From positions 1 to 52,049 of the forward strand of contig CAXULY010000011.1 in the NCBI GenBank assembly GCA_964252075.1: 52,049 bases of DNA, read 5' to 3'. Below the pieces are notes generated by a model. The model did no database searches, was not told the DNA's origin, and saw nothing but the letters and a program-made list of their open reading frames with translations. This document shows, piece by piece, positions 21,801 through 31,419 of the stretch (its first letter is position 1; every line of letters starts with the position of its first letter). Both the position numbers and the translations under genes were made by a program. The DNA is from an uncultured Deinococcaceae bacterium. GTDB taxonomy: Bacteria; Deinococcota; Deinococci; Deinococcales; Deinococcaceae.

Positions 21801-23578
21801 GCGAGCGCCTGCGGGTCGAACAGGCCCAGGCCGTCCTCAAGGGTGACGGCGTGATCCGGCGCGCGGAGCTGCGCGTACAGGTTCGCCTCGGTGATGTTCG
21901 CGGGCGCGAAATCCTCGGGCGGTTGCCCTTTTGCCTCCAGCAGCAGCTGCAGGCCCGCCTGGCGCTGCTCGGCGTTGCGCGTCCCGAGGAGCGCCGCGGC
22001 GCTCGCCTGCCCCTGCCGGGCGTCCTGCGCCAGCAGGCGGATCAGGCCGCGCCGCAGGTCCGCGCTGCGGCGCTTGAGGAGCGCGTGCAGCACCTCCAGT
22101 TCCTCGGAAGACGGCGTGAGGTGCGCCATGACCTTCACCGCCTGCTCGGACACGCCGCTGTTGCGGTCCTGCAGCAGCGTCACCAGCAGCCCGCGCGTGG
22201 GGGCGTCCAGGGTGGGGTTCTGCGCGGCGCCCTCGCGCGCCGCCTTGAGCCCGTCGAGCAGCCGGTCGAGCAGGAAGCCCTTGCCGTACTGGCTCATGTG
22301 CTGCAGGTGCGGCTGCAGGTCCGCGAAGGGCCGCCCGCCCAGCAGCGCGGGCAGCTGATCCAGAACGTCCGAACGGTCGGGCGTCGCGCCCAGCCAGGGA
22401 AACAGGAGCGGCTCGTGCCGCCCGTCCTGCGGGAGGCGCGCGGCGTACTGCACCACCGCGTCGAACGTCAGGTGGGTGGCCTGCGGTTGCCAGCGGTTCA
22501 CGCCGCGCGCCACGAGCGCCCCCAGGCGCACATCCGCGTCGTGCATCAGCGTATGCACACTGTCCGCGTCGAGCAGGTCCGCGCTCAGCAGGAACTGCGC
22601 GCCCGCCATGCGCCGCTCGGGGTCCGGGTCGAGCAGGAGGGCGCGCGCGCCCTCCGCGGCGGCGACGGCGTCCTGCATGCCGAGCGTGAACAGCGCGAGG
22701 TGCGCGTCCACGCCCGCGCCCTCCTGCACCGCCGTCCACGCGGCGGTCGGCGCCTCCAGGTACGCCAGGGCGCGCTCAAGGAGCGCCCGGACGGCCCGGA
22801 CGTCCGTCACGTCGTACGCCAGCCCGAACCACACGTCCGCGGCGCGCAGGCACGCCGCGAAGCGCAGCAGGCCCTCCTGCAGGATCACCCGCAGCATGCG
22901 CACGAAGGCCTCCGGGTGCGCTTCATCCACGACCTCAAGGATCGCCTGACGCAGGCCCTCCTGGCGCTGCGCGGCCAGCAGCAGCCGCTCGGCGAGCGCC
23001 CACGCCTCCGGTTGCGCGCTGGCGAGCAGCGCGTGCGGCACGTGCCGCCCCATGCGGGCGGTCGGGTGCTCCGTCGCGGCGGTGGCCTTCAGCACCTCGA
23101 ACACCGCCTTGTTCCCGTCGTCGAGGGCCTGCGCGAACAGCAGGCCGAGGCCGTGCGCCTGCCAGCTGTTCAGCAGCCCGGCGTGCACCGCGAACCACTC
23201 GAGGTCCTGCGGGTAATCGCGCGTCGCGTGCCACACGCTCAGCACCCACGCGGCCGCGCGCTGCGCGTGCAGGGGGTGGTGCGGCGCCCGGAAGGCGCGC
23301 CGCGCGTAGCCCTGCGGGTACGGGTGCCGCCCGAGGAGCGCCTCGATGGTGCGTGCGGCGGTGTCGGGGAAGTGCGGGAAGAAGACCTCCGCGACGAGCT
23401 GCCGGAGCGCGGTCCCGCCGGAGTGCAGGAGGTCCGCGAGCAGTGCCGTGGTGGGCTGTCCCGGGCGTTCCTCCTGGCGCAGTGCCTCGCGCAGTTCATC
23501 CGGCAGGCGTTCGGCGCGGTCCTGGAAGTCGGCGCGCCAGGGCTGCTGGTGCGAGCGGAGGTAGTCCTGCACGTCCAT
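18822..23578 (-). CDS. Giant DUF4132 (DUF5724-DUF4132) helical-repeat protein, frameshifted ~40 codons before the C-terminus
   Basis: 1561-aa ORF with LLLAAQRQEGLRQAILE, HEAT-like Leu/Ala repeats, DUF4132 motifs (AHPHDL..GAW, QPFKQAFREYY, FSETMRDLDLVVS, YSVHLGSG). The conserved tail GRVFLPFADPDPRTAEVISKTLLLAEDQKIQDP lies in another frame, ending 18822. Confidence 0.82.
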
Positions 23579-23579
23579 G

Positions 23580-23984
23580 TCAGCCGCCCGCCAGCGCGGT
23601 GAGGCGCAGCAGCAGCAGCACGCTGTCGGGCTTCAGGTGGACCGTCTGCGCGAGGTCCGTGACCTGCGCCTCGTCCACGAAGACGTAATACAGGCCGTCC
23701 CGGAACGCCTGCAGCGCCGTGCGCACCGCGTCCTCCGGGCTGACGGGGAGGGCGCGGTCCTGCGGTGCGGTGCGGGCGCGGCCGGTGGTTGCGGCGTCCT
23801 GCAACTCGCGTTCGGTCAGCACGCGCAGCACGCCCACCTGGTCCTGGCGCTGCGTGTACGCGTCGACTTCCTGCCTCACGAGGTGGGTGAGCAGGCCCTC
23901 CAGGGTGGGGGTGGCCTCAGGGATGACGACGGGGCGCCGTTCGAAGGGCGTGCGCCGACCAACCATTTTCGTTTCGATGACCAT
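23580..23984 (-). CDS. Ubiquitin/MoaD-like small protein ending in Gly-Gly
   Basis: SD AGGAGG; 134 aa; C-terminus VFVDEAQVTDLAQTVHLKPDSVLLLLRLTALAGG resembles the beta-grasp tail. Stop lies 1 nt before the DUF4132 start. Confidence 0.78.
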   Translation of the reverse strand: MVIETKMVGRRTPFERRPVVIPEATPTLEGLLTHLVRQEVDAYTQRQDQVGVLRVLTERELQDAATTGRARTAPQDRALPVSPEDAVRTALQAFRDGLYYVFVDEAQVTDLAQTVHLKPDSVLLLLRLTALAGG

Positions 23985-24024
23985 GGAGCCTCCTGCCCGC
24001 GAATGGTGACGGGTCTCACGCCCG

Positions 24025-24061
24025 AGTGTAAGGGATGGGAGGCTTTACGTAAATAGCAGAA
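24025..24061 (-). promoter_or_regulatory. Sigma-70 promoter (TTTACG-N17-TACACT) overlapped by an RDRM/DdrO-like box
   Basis: 17-bp pseudo-palindrome TTACGTAAATAGCAGAA at 24045-24061 covers the -35 (24053-24048). The -10 is at 24030-24025. Confidence 0.72.
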
Positions 24062-24355
24062 ACAGTATGGTCGGATTGTTCTTGGGGCTATTCGTGAAGG
24101 CGAGGCGCATCACGGGTGACGGAACACAACGAAAGGCCCGAGCGTCAGGCCCGGCCAGAGAGAGGCTGCGTCGCAGGAAGCCCCGCCCACACGTTCACGC
24201 GCCCTGCTCCGTACCTCACCGTCTCAACAGGAGTGACCGTTGGCCCCGGAGATCAGCACGGTGGTGTCCCTGCGAAATCTCGGTTGTTCCTTCCGGCATG
24301 CGAGAGGGGGCGGATGCAGCGCACGGCATCCGCCCCCTTCCATCAGCGTCCCTCG

Positions 24356-25582
24356 TCAGGTCGCGGCGGCTTCGCCACCCTTCCCTCTGGACATCGGCAC
24401 GCCCAGCAGCACGCCCAGGGCGACGGCCACCACCGCCGCGCCCGCCCCGAAGGTGGCGGACGGTCCCACGCGGGCGTACAGCTGACCGCTCACCAGCGGC
24501 CCCACCACCTGCGCGAGCTCCCCCATCGCCTGCGTGCCGCCCTGCACGCGGCCCTGCTCGCTGTACGGAATCGCCAGCGAGATCAGGGTGGTCATGCAGG
24601 CGGTGTACACGCCCTCGCCCAGCGCCAGCAGCATCACGCTCAGGTACACGAACACGGCCAGCGGGTGCAGCGGCAGCAGCGCGAGGCCCGTCATGCCGAA
24701 CAGGCCCACCACCAGACCCGTGCGCGCCACGCGCCCCTCACCCCACCAGCGGATCAGGTGGGGCAGCAGGATGCCCTGCGCGACGATGTCGCACGCGCCC
24801 GACAGCATCAGGACCGTGCCCACCTGCCCCGGACCCCAGTGCAGGAGGTCGCGCGCCATGATGGGCAACGCCACCTGCATCAGCGAGAACGGCAGGGTGA
24901 ACAGCGCGCTGACCGTCACGAGGCGGCGCACCAGCGGGTACGAGAAGGCGTTCCGCAGCTGCAGCAGCGGGTTCAGGTGCGAGGGCTTGAAGTCCGGCTG
25001 GCGCCGCTCGGGCGCCAGCGTCTCGGGCAGCGCCAGCGACGCCCACAGCAGGTTCAGGAGCGTCACGCCGGCCGCCACGAACACCGGAACGTTCGTTCCG
25101 AAGTGCGCGAGCAGGCCGCCCACGGCGGGCCCCACGATCATCGCGACGCCGACCGTCGCGCCGACCTGACCGAAGACCCTCGCGCGGTCGTCCTCGTCGG
25201 TGCTGTCGGCGATGTAGGCGAACAGGGCGCCCATACCGCCCGCCGCCACGCCGTCCACAACGCGGCCCAGGAACAGCATGAACAGGCTCCCGCCAATGCC
25301 GAACAGCAGGTACCCGACAGCCGAGCCGAGCAGCGTCAGGAGGATCACCGGGCGGCGCCCGAAGGCGTCACTGAGCGCGCCCAGCACGGGCGAACCAAAG
25401 AACGCGAGGAAGGAGGTGGTGGCCGCCAGCAGGCCAATCACGGCGCTCTGACTGCCCGCATTGGGAACGAAGCGCGCCACAATGAACGGCAGCACCGGGA
25501 AGACCAGCGACAGGCTCAGACCGAACAGGAAGATGGTGGTCAGGAGCAGCAGAATGGGCGGACGTTTGGGTGTGGAATTCAT
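24356..25582 (-). CDS. MFS drug/H+ antiporter (TetA/DHA1-like)
   Basis: GALSDAFGRRPV motif A, GRVVDG motif B, ~12 TMs. Leaderless TAGCGT-N6-ATG. Confidence 0.9.
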   Translation of the reverse strand: MNSTPKRPPILLLLTTIFLFGLSLSLVFPVLPFIVARFVPNAGSQSAVIGLLAATTSFLAFFGSPVLGALSDAFGRRPVILLTLLGSAVGYLLFGIGGSLFMLFLGRVVDGVAAGGMGALFAYIADSTDEDDRARVFGQVGATVGVAMIVGPAVGGLLAHFGTNVPVFVAAGVTLLNLLWASLALPETLAPERRQPDFKPSHLNPLLQLRNAFSYPLVRRLVTVSALFTLPFSLMQVALPIMARDLLHWGPGQVGTVLMLSGACDIVAQGILLPHLIRWWGEGRVARTGLVVGLFGMTGLALLPLHPLAVFVYLSVMLLALGEGVYTACMTTLISLAIPYSEQGRVQGGTQAMGELAQVVGPLVSGQLYARVGPSATFGAGAAVVAVALGVLLGVPMSRGKGGEAAAT

Positions 25583-25635
25583 GCCCCCACGCTAGGGGCG
25601 AAGCCAGCCAACGCGATTGGAAAAAAGCGACACGC

Positions 25636-25978
25636 TCAGTCCAGGCCCCGCCAGAAGTCAGGCCCGGCGTCCTCCTCAGCGGAGGAGCTGTCGGGCGGCG
25701 TATGGGTACAGGTCCACCATCAGGGCGCGCAGCTTCCCTTGCCCCACCATTTGGTGGGGCTCCATGACAAACGGCGTGAGGGTGATGGGCGGAAGGGGAC
25801 GCAGGGCGTCGGCGCTCGGCCCGAACCGAACCGGCTCCGCCGAGAACATCAGGTACACGGTGCGCTCCGGCAGGTCGTGGTTCAGCTCCGGCCCGGCGTC
25901 CTTGTAAGTCTCGTACTCCCAGTACGCCAGCACCAGCTCACGCAGGCGCGCATCTGGGGCATGTCGCCGGAGGCGCAT
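25636..25978 (-). pseudogene. Internally deleted AraC-family (DUF6597-type) regulator
   Basis: MRLRRHAPDARLRELVLAYWEYE...DLYPYAARQLL matches the N-terminal domain and stops at 25676 with no HTH. A short tail (DFWRGLD*) and the motif GTCGCTTTTTTCCAA follow, just before the MFS promoter. Confidence 0.65.
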
Positions 25979-26232
25979 GCCCTCACTGTGACCGACCACC
26001 GCTGCGCGGCCAACAAGCGGACGCTCAGCGTCGCCCAGCGAACTCATGAACCCGCGGCACCTGAAGCGGTGCGGGCGAGGGTCGGCATGGTGGCCACTGT
26101 GGGGTGGGCAGCGCGGACGAAGTTGGAAGAGTGGCTGAACTAAGCGACGTGTGGCTCCAGCGTGATCAAGGCCTAAGCCCCTTGAAGCGTCCATGGGCAC
26201 GGAGTTCCCCGCGTGGCACCAGACGCGCGCCC

Positions 26233-27381
26233 CTAACAATCCAGCAGCTCCCGCGCGCCTCCCGCCAGGAAGTGCAGGTCCAGGCCCGGCAGGTCTTCAA
26301 GGAACGCCGTCAGCAGGGTCAGCGCGCCCTCCACGTCCCGCTGGTCCAGCACCTCCACCGGGCTGTGCGTGTAGCGGTTCCCGACCGACACCGCCCCCGT
26401 CGGGACACCAGACCCCGCGTACTGAAGGGCGCCCGCATCCGTGCCGATGCCCTTGAGGAGTTCACGCTGAACGGTAAGGCCACAGCGCGCCGCCGCGGCA
26501 AGCAGGCCGCGCCGCACGGCGGGGTGCGCGAGGGTCGAGAAGTCCATGACCTTCACCGTCGGGCCTGCCCCCAGGCGCAGGTGGGGGCCGTGCCGTCCAG
26601 CGGCGCCCGCCCGGTCGGGTGTGTCGTCCACGGCCGTCATGTCGAGCGCCAGCGCGACGTCCCCTTCGATGCGACGCGCGACCGCCTGCGCGCCCCTGAG
26701 CCCCGCTTCCTCCTGCACCGAGAAGACCATCACCAGCGTCACGGGCGGTGGCGTGTCGCGGTACGTTTCGAGCAGCGTGAGCAGCATGGCGCACCCCACG
26801 CGGTCGTCCAGGGCGTGCGCGGCGTACCGCCCGCTGCCCTTCCCGAGTTCGATGAGGCTGCCGACGAAACCGATGGGGTCACCCACCTGCACGCCCATCG
26901 CGCGCGCGTCCTCGGCGCTGCGGGCACCGATGTCCACGTACAGGTCACTGTACGGCACGGTGGTGCGGCGGTCCTCGTCGGTGAGCAGGTGGACGCTCGT
27001 GCAGCCAATGATGCCGGCGAGCCGCTCGGTGGACGTGCGCACCCACACGCGCAGCGCGGGGAGGATGCGGTCGTCCTGCCCCGACACCTTCTCGAGGCGC
27101 AGGAAGCCGTCGTCCTCGATGTGGCGCACGCGAAAGCCGACCTCGTCCATGTGCGCGGCAATGATGCAGCGCCGCGCGTCCGCACTCGCCGAGCGCCTCG
27201 TGACGGTCACGTTCCCGAAGGCATCCACGTCGAGGTCGTCCGCGAGCGGTCGCGCGGCGTCCACAATCAGGCGGATGACGTCCTCTTCGGAGCCGCTCGG
27301 GCCGGTGGCTTCCACCAGTTGACGCAGGTGCTTCAGGGTTGATGGCCACAGGCGGCGGCCTTGTTCAGCAGGGGTCGTCAT
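26233..27381 (-). CDS. M42 family metallopeptidase
   Basis: GPSGSE, AAHMDEVG, ALDDRVG, SVQEEAGLRGA, GTDAG, RYTHSPVE; SD AGGAG. Confidence 0.92.
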   Translation of the reverse strand: MTTPAEQGRRLWPSTLKHLRQLVEATGPSGSEEDVIRLIVDAARPLADDLDVDAFGNVTVTRRSASADARRCIIAAHMDEVGFRVRHIEDDGFLRLEKVSGQDDRILPALRVWVRTSTERLAGIIGCTSVHLLTDEDRRTTVPYSDLYVDIGARSAEDARAMGVQVGDPIGFVGSLIELGKGSGRYAAHALDDRVGCAMLLTLLETYRDTPPPVTLVMVFSVQEEAGLRGAQAVARRIEGDVALALDMTAVDDTPDRAGAAGRHGPHLRLGAGPTVKVMDFSTLAHPAVRRGLLAAAARCGLTVQRELLKGIGTDAGALQYAGSGVPTGAVSVGNRYTHSPVEVLDQRDVEGALTLLTAFLEDLPGLDLHFLAGGARELLDC

Positions 27382-27413
27382 GGTCGTTCTCCTGGGTGGG
27401 GCGCGCACCCCAC

Positions 27414-28991
27414 CTACTTGAGCTGCCAGTCCTGAAAGACGTAATTCCAGACGGGGTGCACGGCGACGTTCGTGACGCGCGGGTTCACGAAGTCGTACTG
27501 CACGGGGTTGTACAGCGGCACCCAGCTGTTCGCCTTCAGGATCTGCCGCTGCACCTTCTGGTAGCCGGGGATGGCCTGCTTGAGGGGCAGGCTGCGCAGC
27601 CGCGTGAGGTCGGCATCCACGGTGGGGTCCTTGAAGCCCGAGATGTTCCACCCGCCGCTGGTGTAGTAACTGGATTTGAACATGACGTCCAGGAAGTTGG
27701 AGGGGTCCGGGTACGCCTGGTACCACGCGGAGATCCCGAGGGCGGTGGCGCCGGGCGTGGAGAGGGTCTTCAGGTACTCCGCGCCGGGCAGCGCCTTGAT
27801 GCCCACCTTCATGCCGATCGCGGCGAGCTGCTGCTGCACCGCCTGCGCGAGTTTTGGGCCGGGCTCGTCCGAGGAGGTGACCAGCAACAGGTCGCCGGTG
27901 TCGTGGTACCCCGCCTGCTTGAGGAGCGCGCTGCCCTTCGCGGTGTCCGCGGCGGGCACGGTGATGCTGGGGTCGTGGCCGGGCATGCCGGGTGGGAGGA
28001 CCTGCGCGGTGGTTTTACCGCGCCCGTTCACCAGCTGCACCATGCGCGCCTTGTCGATCGCGGCGCTCACCGCCTGCCGCACGAGGGGATTGTTGAACGG
28101 CGCCTTCTGCGTGTTCATGTACAGGTAGTACGTGCCGACTTCCACCTGGCTGTGCAGGTAAGGCTTGAAGCGCGGGTTGGTGCTGATGCTGGCGAACTGC
28201 GCGCTCGGGATGCCGTTGCCGAGCACGTCCACCTGCCCGCTCTGCGCGCGCAGCAGCGACACCTGGTCCGTCAGGCCCACCAGAAACTCAATGGTGCCGA
28301 CCTTCGCGGCGTGCGCCGGGTCGAAGTACTTGGGGTTCTTCACGATCACGGCGCGCTGCCCCGGCACCCACGATTGCAGGGTGTACGGCCCGTTCCCGAC
28401 CACGTGGTGCGAGAAGTCACTCCCGAGGCGCTCCACGGCCTTCCGGGGCAGCGCGGAAGCGAAGGGAGTGGCGAGGACGTTGAGGAAGGTGCGGTCGGGG
28501 GTCTTGAGTTGAAACTGGATGGTGTACGGGTCGATCACCTTGATGCCGCTCACCGACTTTGCCTTCCCATTCACGTACGCGTCGGCGCCCTCCAGCCCAC
28601 CAAACCAGCCGCCCGTGCCGCCCTGCGGTGATTTGGTCTTGGGGTTCAGGATGCGCTCGATGGCGTACTTGTAGCTGGCGGCGTCGGTGGGCTCACCGTC
28701 TGTGAAGGTGATGCCCTTCTTCAGGTGGAAGGTGTAGGTCCTGCCGTCCGCGCTGACCTGCCCGAGGTCCGTGGCGCCCCACGGCTTCAGGTCCGTCCCC
28801 TGCCCGTACGTCAGCAAGGTCACGAACAGCGCGTGGATGACGGGCCAGCTCTGGGTGTCGTACCCGGTGGCGGGGTCGAGGCTCTGGAAGTCCGAGGGGT
28901 ACGCGACCGTGACGGTGCTCCCCGCGGCGAGCGCGGGGCTGGCGGTCAGGGCGAGGGTCAGGCCGAGCAGGGACAGCAGGGAGCGTTTCAT
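27414..28991 (-). CDS. ABC peptide/nickel substrate-binding protein (family 5)
   Basis: Signal peptide, SLDPA, SADGRTYTFHLKKGITFTDG, GNGPY, PFNNPLVRQAV. Confidence 0.92.
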   Translation of the reverse strand: MKRSLLSLLGLTLALTASPALAAGSTVTVAYPSDFQSLDPATGYDTQSWPVIHALFVTLLTYGQGTDLKPWGATDLGQVSADGRTYTFHLKKGITFTDGEPTDAASYKYAIERILNPKTKSPQGGTGGWFGGLEGADAYVNGKAKSVSGIKVIDPYTIQFQLKTPDRTFLNVLATPFASALPRKAVERLGSDFSHHVVGNGPYTLQSWVPGQRAVIVKNPKYFDPAHAAKVGTIEFLVGLTDQVSLLRAQSGQVDVLGNGIPSAQFASISTNPRFKPYLHSQVEVGTYYLYMNTQKAPFNNPLVRQAVSAAIDKARMVQLVNGRGKTTAQVLPPGMPGHDPSITVPAADTAKGSALLKQAGYHDTGDLLLVTSSDEPGPKLAQAVQQQLAAIGMKVGIKALPGAEYLKTLSTPGATALGISAWYQAYPDPSNFLDVMFKSSYYTSGGWNISGFKDPTVDADLTRLRSLPLKQAIPGYQKVQRQILKANSWVPLYNPVQYDFVNPRVTNVAVHPVWNYVFQDWQLK

Positions 28992-29244
28992 GACAGGTGA
29001 GGCCTTTCCAGGGTGCGGGCGGGAAAGCTCGGCCGCGCACGAGTGCGGGACGTCCGGACGTCTTGTCCCGTGGTGGCGGTGGAAGGTTCAATCCCGAAGC
29101 GTGAGGCCAGTGCAATGGGCTGTGCTGCGTGGTTCCGGGTCGGTCTGAAGGAGCGATGCAACAAGTGACTGCGGCGGTGCGACCTGCCACAAGCACCTCC
29201 GCCGGTGGGGCCGGAGCTGGACTTCGATTTCCGCTGAAGTGAAG

Positions 29245-29295
29245 ATTGTCAACGATTGCTGTCAAAACAATACTGAAGATGATCGTACGGGTCAA
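29245..29295 (-). promoter_or_regulatory. Sigma-70 promoter TTGACC-N17-TATTGT with downstream GntR/FCD-like operator
   Basis: -35 at 29295-29290, -10 at 29272-29267, pseudo-palindrome ATTGTCAACGAT at 29245-29256. Faces the SBP-M42 operon. Confidence 0.55.
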
Positions 29296-29920
29296 TACAG
29301 GTGAAATCCATACACCATTGGTGCGCGTGGAGTGAATCGTCGAGCTACCCGTCTTTGGCGTCGGCATGCAGCGAACGGATGGAGCGGACCTCCATCGGGG
29401 GAGAGGCGTTGCCCTTCTATGTGGAACTGAGTCCATGTACTTTCCAGTTGAGTTGATCGTCGTAGATGTCCAAATGCTGTCCAGGTGTGACCATCATGTC
29501 CGCCCGCAGGCAGCAAGGATGACCCATGCTGCACGTGGCACCGTGTGTCGGCAACTTGCTTGAGTCGTACGTCTTAAAGACGGTGCGCCCCGATTGGTTC
29601 AGCTGAAGCCAACACAGTGGCGCGACGCCTGCTCGCCAGTTAGGCGAGACAGTCGGCCTTCTCTCCGTTTGATGGGGGATGGCGGTACTGATCAACCGCT
29701 GGGGCGATGGATAGGGGGGACGTGAAGCGGCTGAGGTGGAGGCGCCTGCGGATCGCCTTAAATGGATCTCTGTAGTTGAAGTCTGGGCGGCGCATGAACG
29801 ACCGGAGCGTGGTTGCCGATTGCCTTGAGATGGAACGAACCCCCGCTCATCGTTGGGGCCGTGTTCCACTTATGACCAAGGAATTGGCTGTCCACTCTCC
29901 ACCACGGAAAAGGGACGAAC

Positions 29921-30034
29921 ATGTTCAACGTGCCTGACGCCCACACCATATCCATCCACCGGCAACCGAACGTCCACGCTCCGCTGCTCACCAGCACACC
30001 CGGGTCAGGCCGCGCCATGCCGGTGCGGGGGTGA
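29921..30034 (+). CDS. Putative 37-aa leader ORF coupled to the MFS gene
   Basis: Purine-rich GGAAAAGGGA precedes the ATG. MFNVPDAHTISIHRQPNVHAPLLTSTPGSGRAMPVRG; its TGA overlaps the MFS GTG (GTGA). Confidence 0.4.
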   Translation: MFNVPDAHTISIHRQPNVHAPLLTSTPGSGRAMPVRG

Positions 30035-31419
30035 GCCACAAGCGCGCCGAACCCGCTGTGCCCACCATCCTGATCGCCACGCTGCTGATTGGGACGGTCC
30101 TCAACCCGATCAACTCCTCCCTGATCGCCACGGCCCTGACCCCCATCGGCCGCAGCCTGCACGTCGGCAGCGCCCAGACCGCATGGCTGGTCGCCAGCCT
30201 GTACCTGGTCGCCGCGGTCGCCCAGCCCCTCATGGGCCGCCTCGCGGACCTGATCGGACCGCGGCGGGTCTTCATGGGCGGTCTGATGGTGGCCCTCCTC
30301 GGTGGCGTGATTGGGGGCCTCGCAACCACACTCGCCGGGCTGATCGCGGCGCGGGTACTGATTGGCGTGGGGACTTCCGCCGGCTTCCCCAGCACCATGG
30401 CGGTCCTCAGCCGCCGCGCCGCGCGCACGGGCCAACCCACCCCGCGGTCCGTACTGGCCGCCGTCACCGTCGCGAGTCAGGTGCTGGCGGTGGTCGGCCC
30501 CACCATTGGCGGTGTGCTGGTGGGCGGTCTGGGCTGGCACTCGGTCTTTCTCGTCAACGTACCCGTCACCCTGGTCGGGCTGGGGCTCGCCTGGATGCAC
30601 CTGCCCCGCGAGTCGAGCCCCGCGCGCCCCGGAGATGTGCTCCGTCACATTGACGTGCCCGGCGTCCTGCTGTTCACGGTGGCCCTGGTGTCCCTGCTGC
30701 TCTTCCTCATGAACCTCGTGTCCGCGCCCCCGTACGGCTGGCTGGCCGCTGCCGTGGTGGCCTTCGCGGGGTTGTTCGTGGTGGAGCGCCGCACCGAGCG
30801 GGCGTTCCTCGACGTGCGCATGCTGGCGGGGCGGCTGCCGCTGCTGCTGACGTACCTGACGTACGGCCTGACGGCGCTGGTGATTTACAGCCTCTTCTAC
30901 GGTCTGCCGCAGTGGCTTCAGGAAGCGCGCGGGTTCACGCCAGCGGGCTCCGGGCTGATCCTGCTGCCGATCTCGCTCATCTCGATGGTCGTCACCGTGC
31001 TGATGACCCGCTGGCCGCGCCTCGGCGTGCAGGGCATGCTGCGGTGGGGCGCGGGGTTGCTCATGCTGTGCATGGCCCTGTACGTGCTGGTGCCGCAGCA
31101 GCCGGCTCTGGGCCTCCTGCTGGGCGGATCGGTGCTGCTGGGGGTGCCCTGGGGGCTCATCAACCTCGGCTGCCAGCAGAGCCTCGCCCTCGAATCGCCG
31201 AAAGAGAGCGCGGGCAGCGCGGCCGGGCTCTTCAGGACCTTCGCGTATCTCGGGTCCATCCTGTCATCAAGCGTCATCAGCCTGACGTACCAGCCCTCCG
31301 CGACGACGGTCCGCTTCCAGTCGCTGACCTGGGTGCTCCTCGTCGCCTCCAGGCTTGTGCTCGTGGTGGTGACGTGCTGGGCCGTCCTCAACCGCCGCCG
31401 GATTGTATCGCCCACTTGA
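30031..31419 (+). CDS. MFS drug transporter (DHA2-like, ~14 TM)
   Basis: GTVLNPINSSLIATAL, GRLADLIGPRRV, GPTIGGVLV, FLVNVP, DVPG motifs. Confidence 0.88.
   Translation: MSHKRAEPAVPTILIATLLIGTVLNPINSSLIATALTPIGRSLHVGSAQTAWLVASLYLVAAVAQPLMGRLADLIGPRRVFMGGLMVALLGGVIGGLATTLAGLIAARVLIGVGTSAGFPSTMAVLSRRAARTGQPTPRSVLAAVTVASQVLAVVGPTIGGVLVGGLGWHSVFLVNVPVTLVGLGLAWMHLPRESSPARPGDVLRHIDVPGVLLFTVALVSLLLFLMNLVSAPPYGWLAAAVVAFAGLFVVERRTERAFLDVRMLAGRLPLLLTYLTYGLTALVIYSLFYGLPQWLQEARGFTPAGSGLILLPISLISMVVTVLMTRWPRLGVQGMLRWGAGLLMLCMALYVLVPQQPALGLLLGGSVLLGVPWGLINLGCQQSLALESPKESAGSAAGLFRTFAYLGSILSSSVISLTYQPSATTVRFQSLTWVLLVASRLVLVVVTCWAVLNRRRIVSPT

Noticed and set aside
18953..23602. 1549-aa plus-strand ORF, and similar long antisense ORFs (16550-18634, 24116-26143, 39805-41796, 42584-44506)
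   Set aside because: Shadow ORFs opposite genes with clear motifs; expected in high-GC DNA and lacking domain signatures.
29300..29900. Short ORFs in a lower-GC stretch
   Set aside because: Possibly decayed DNA, but no identifiable homology by eye.
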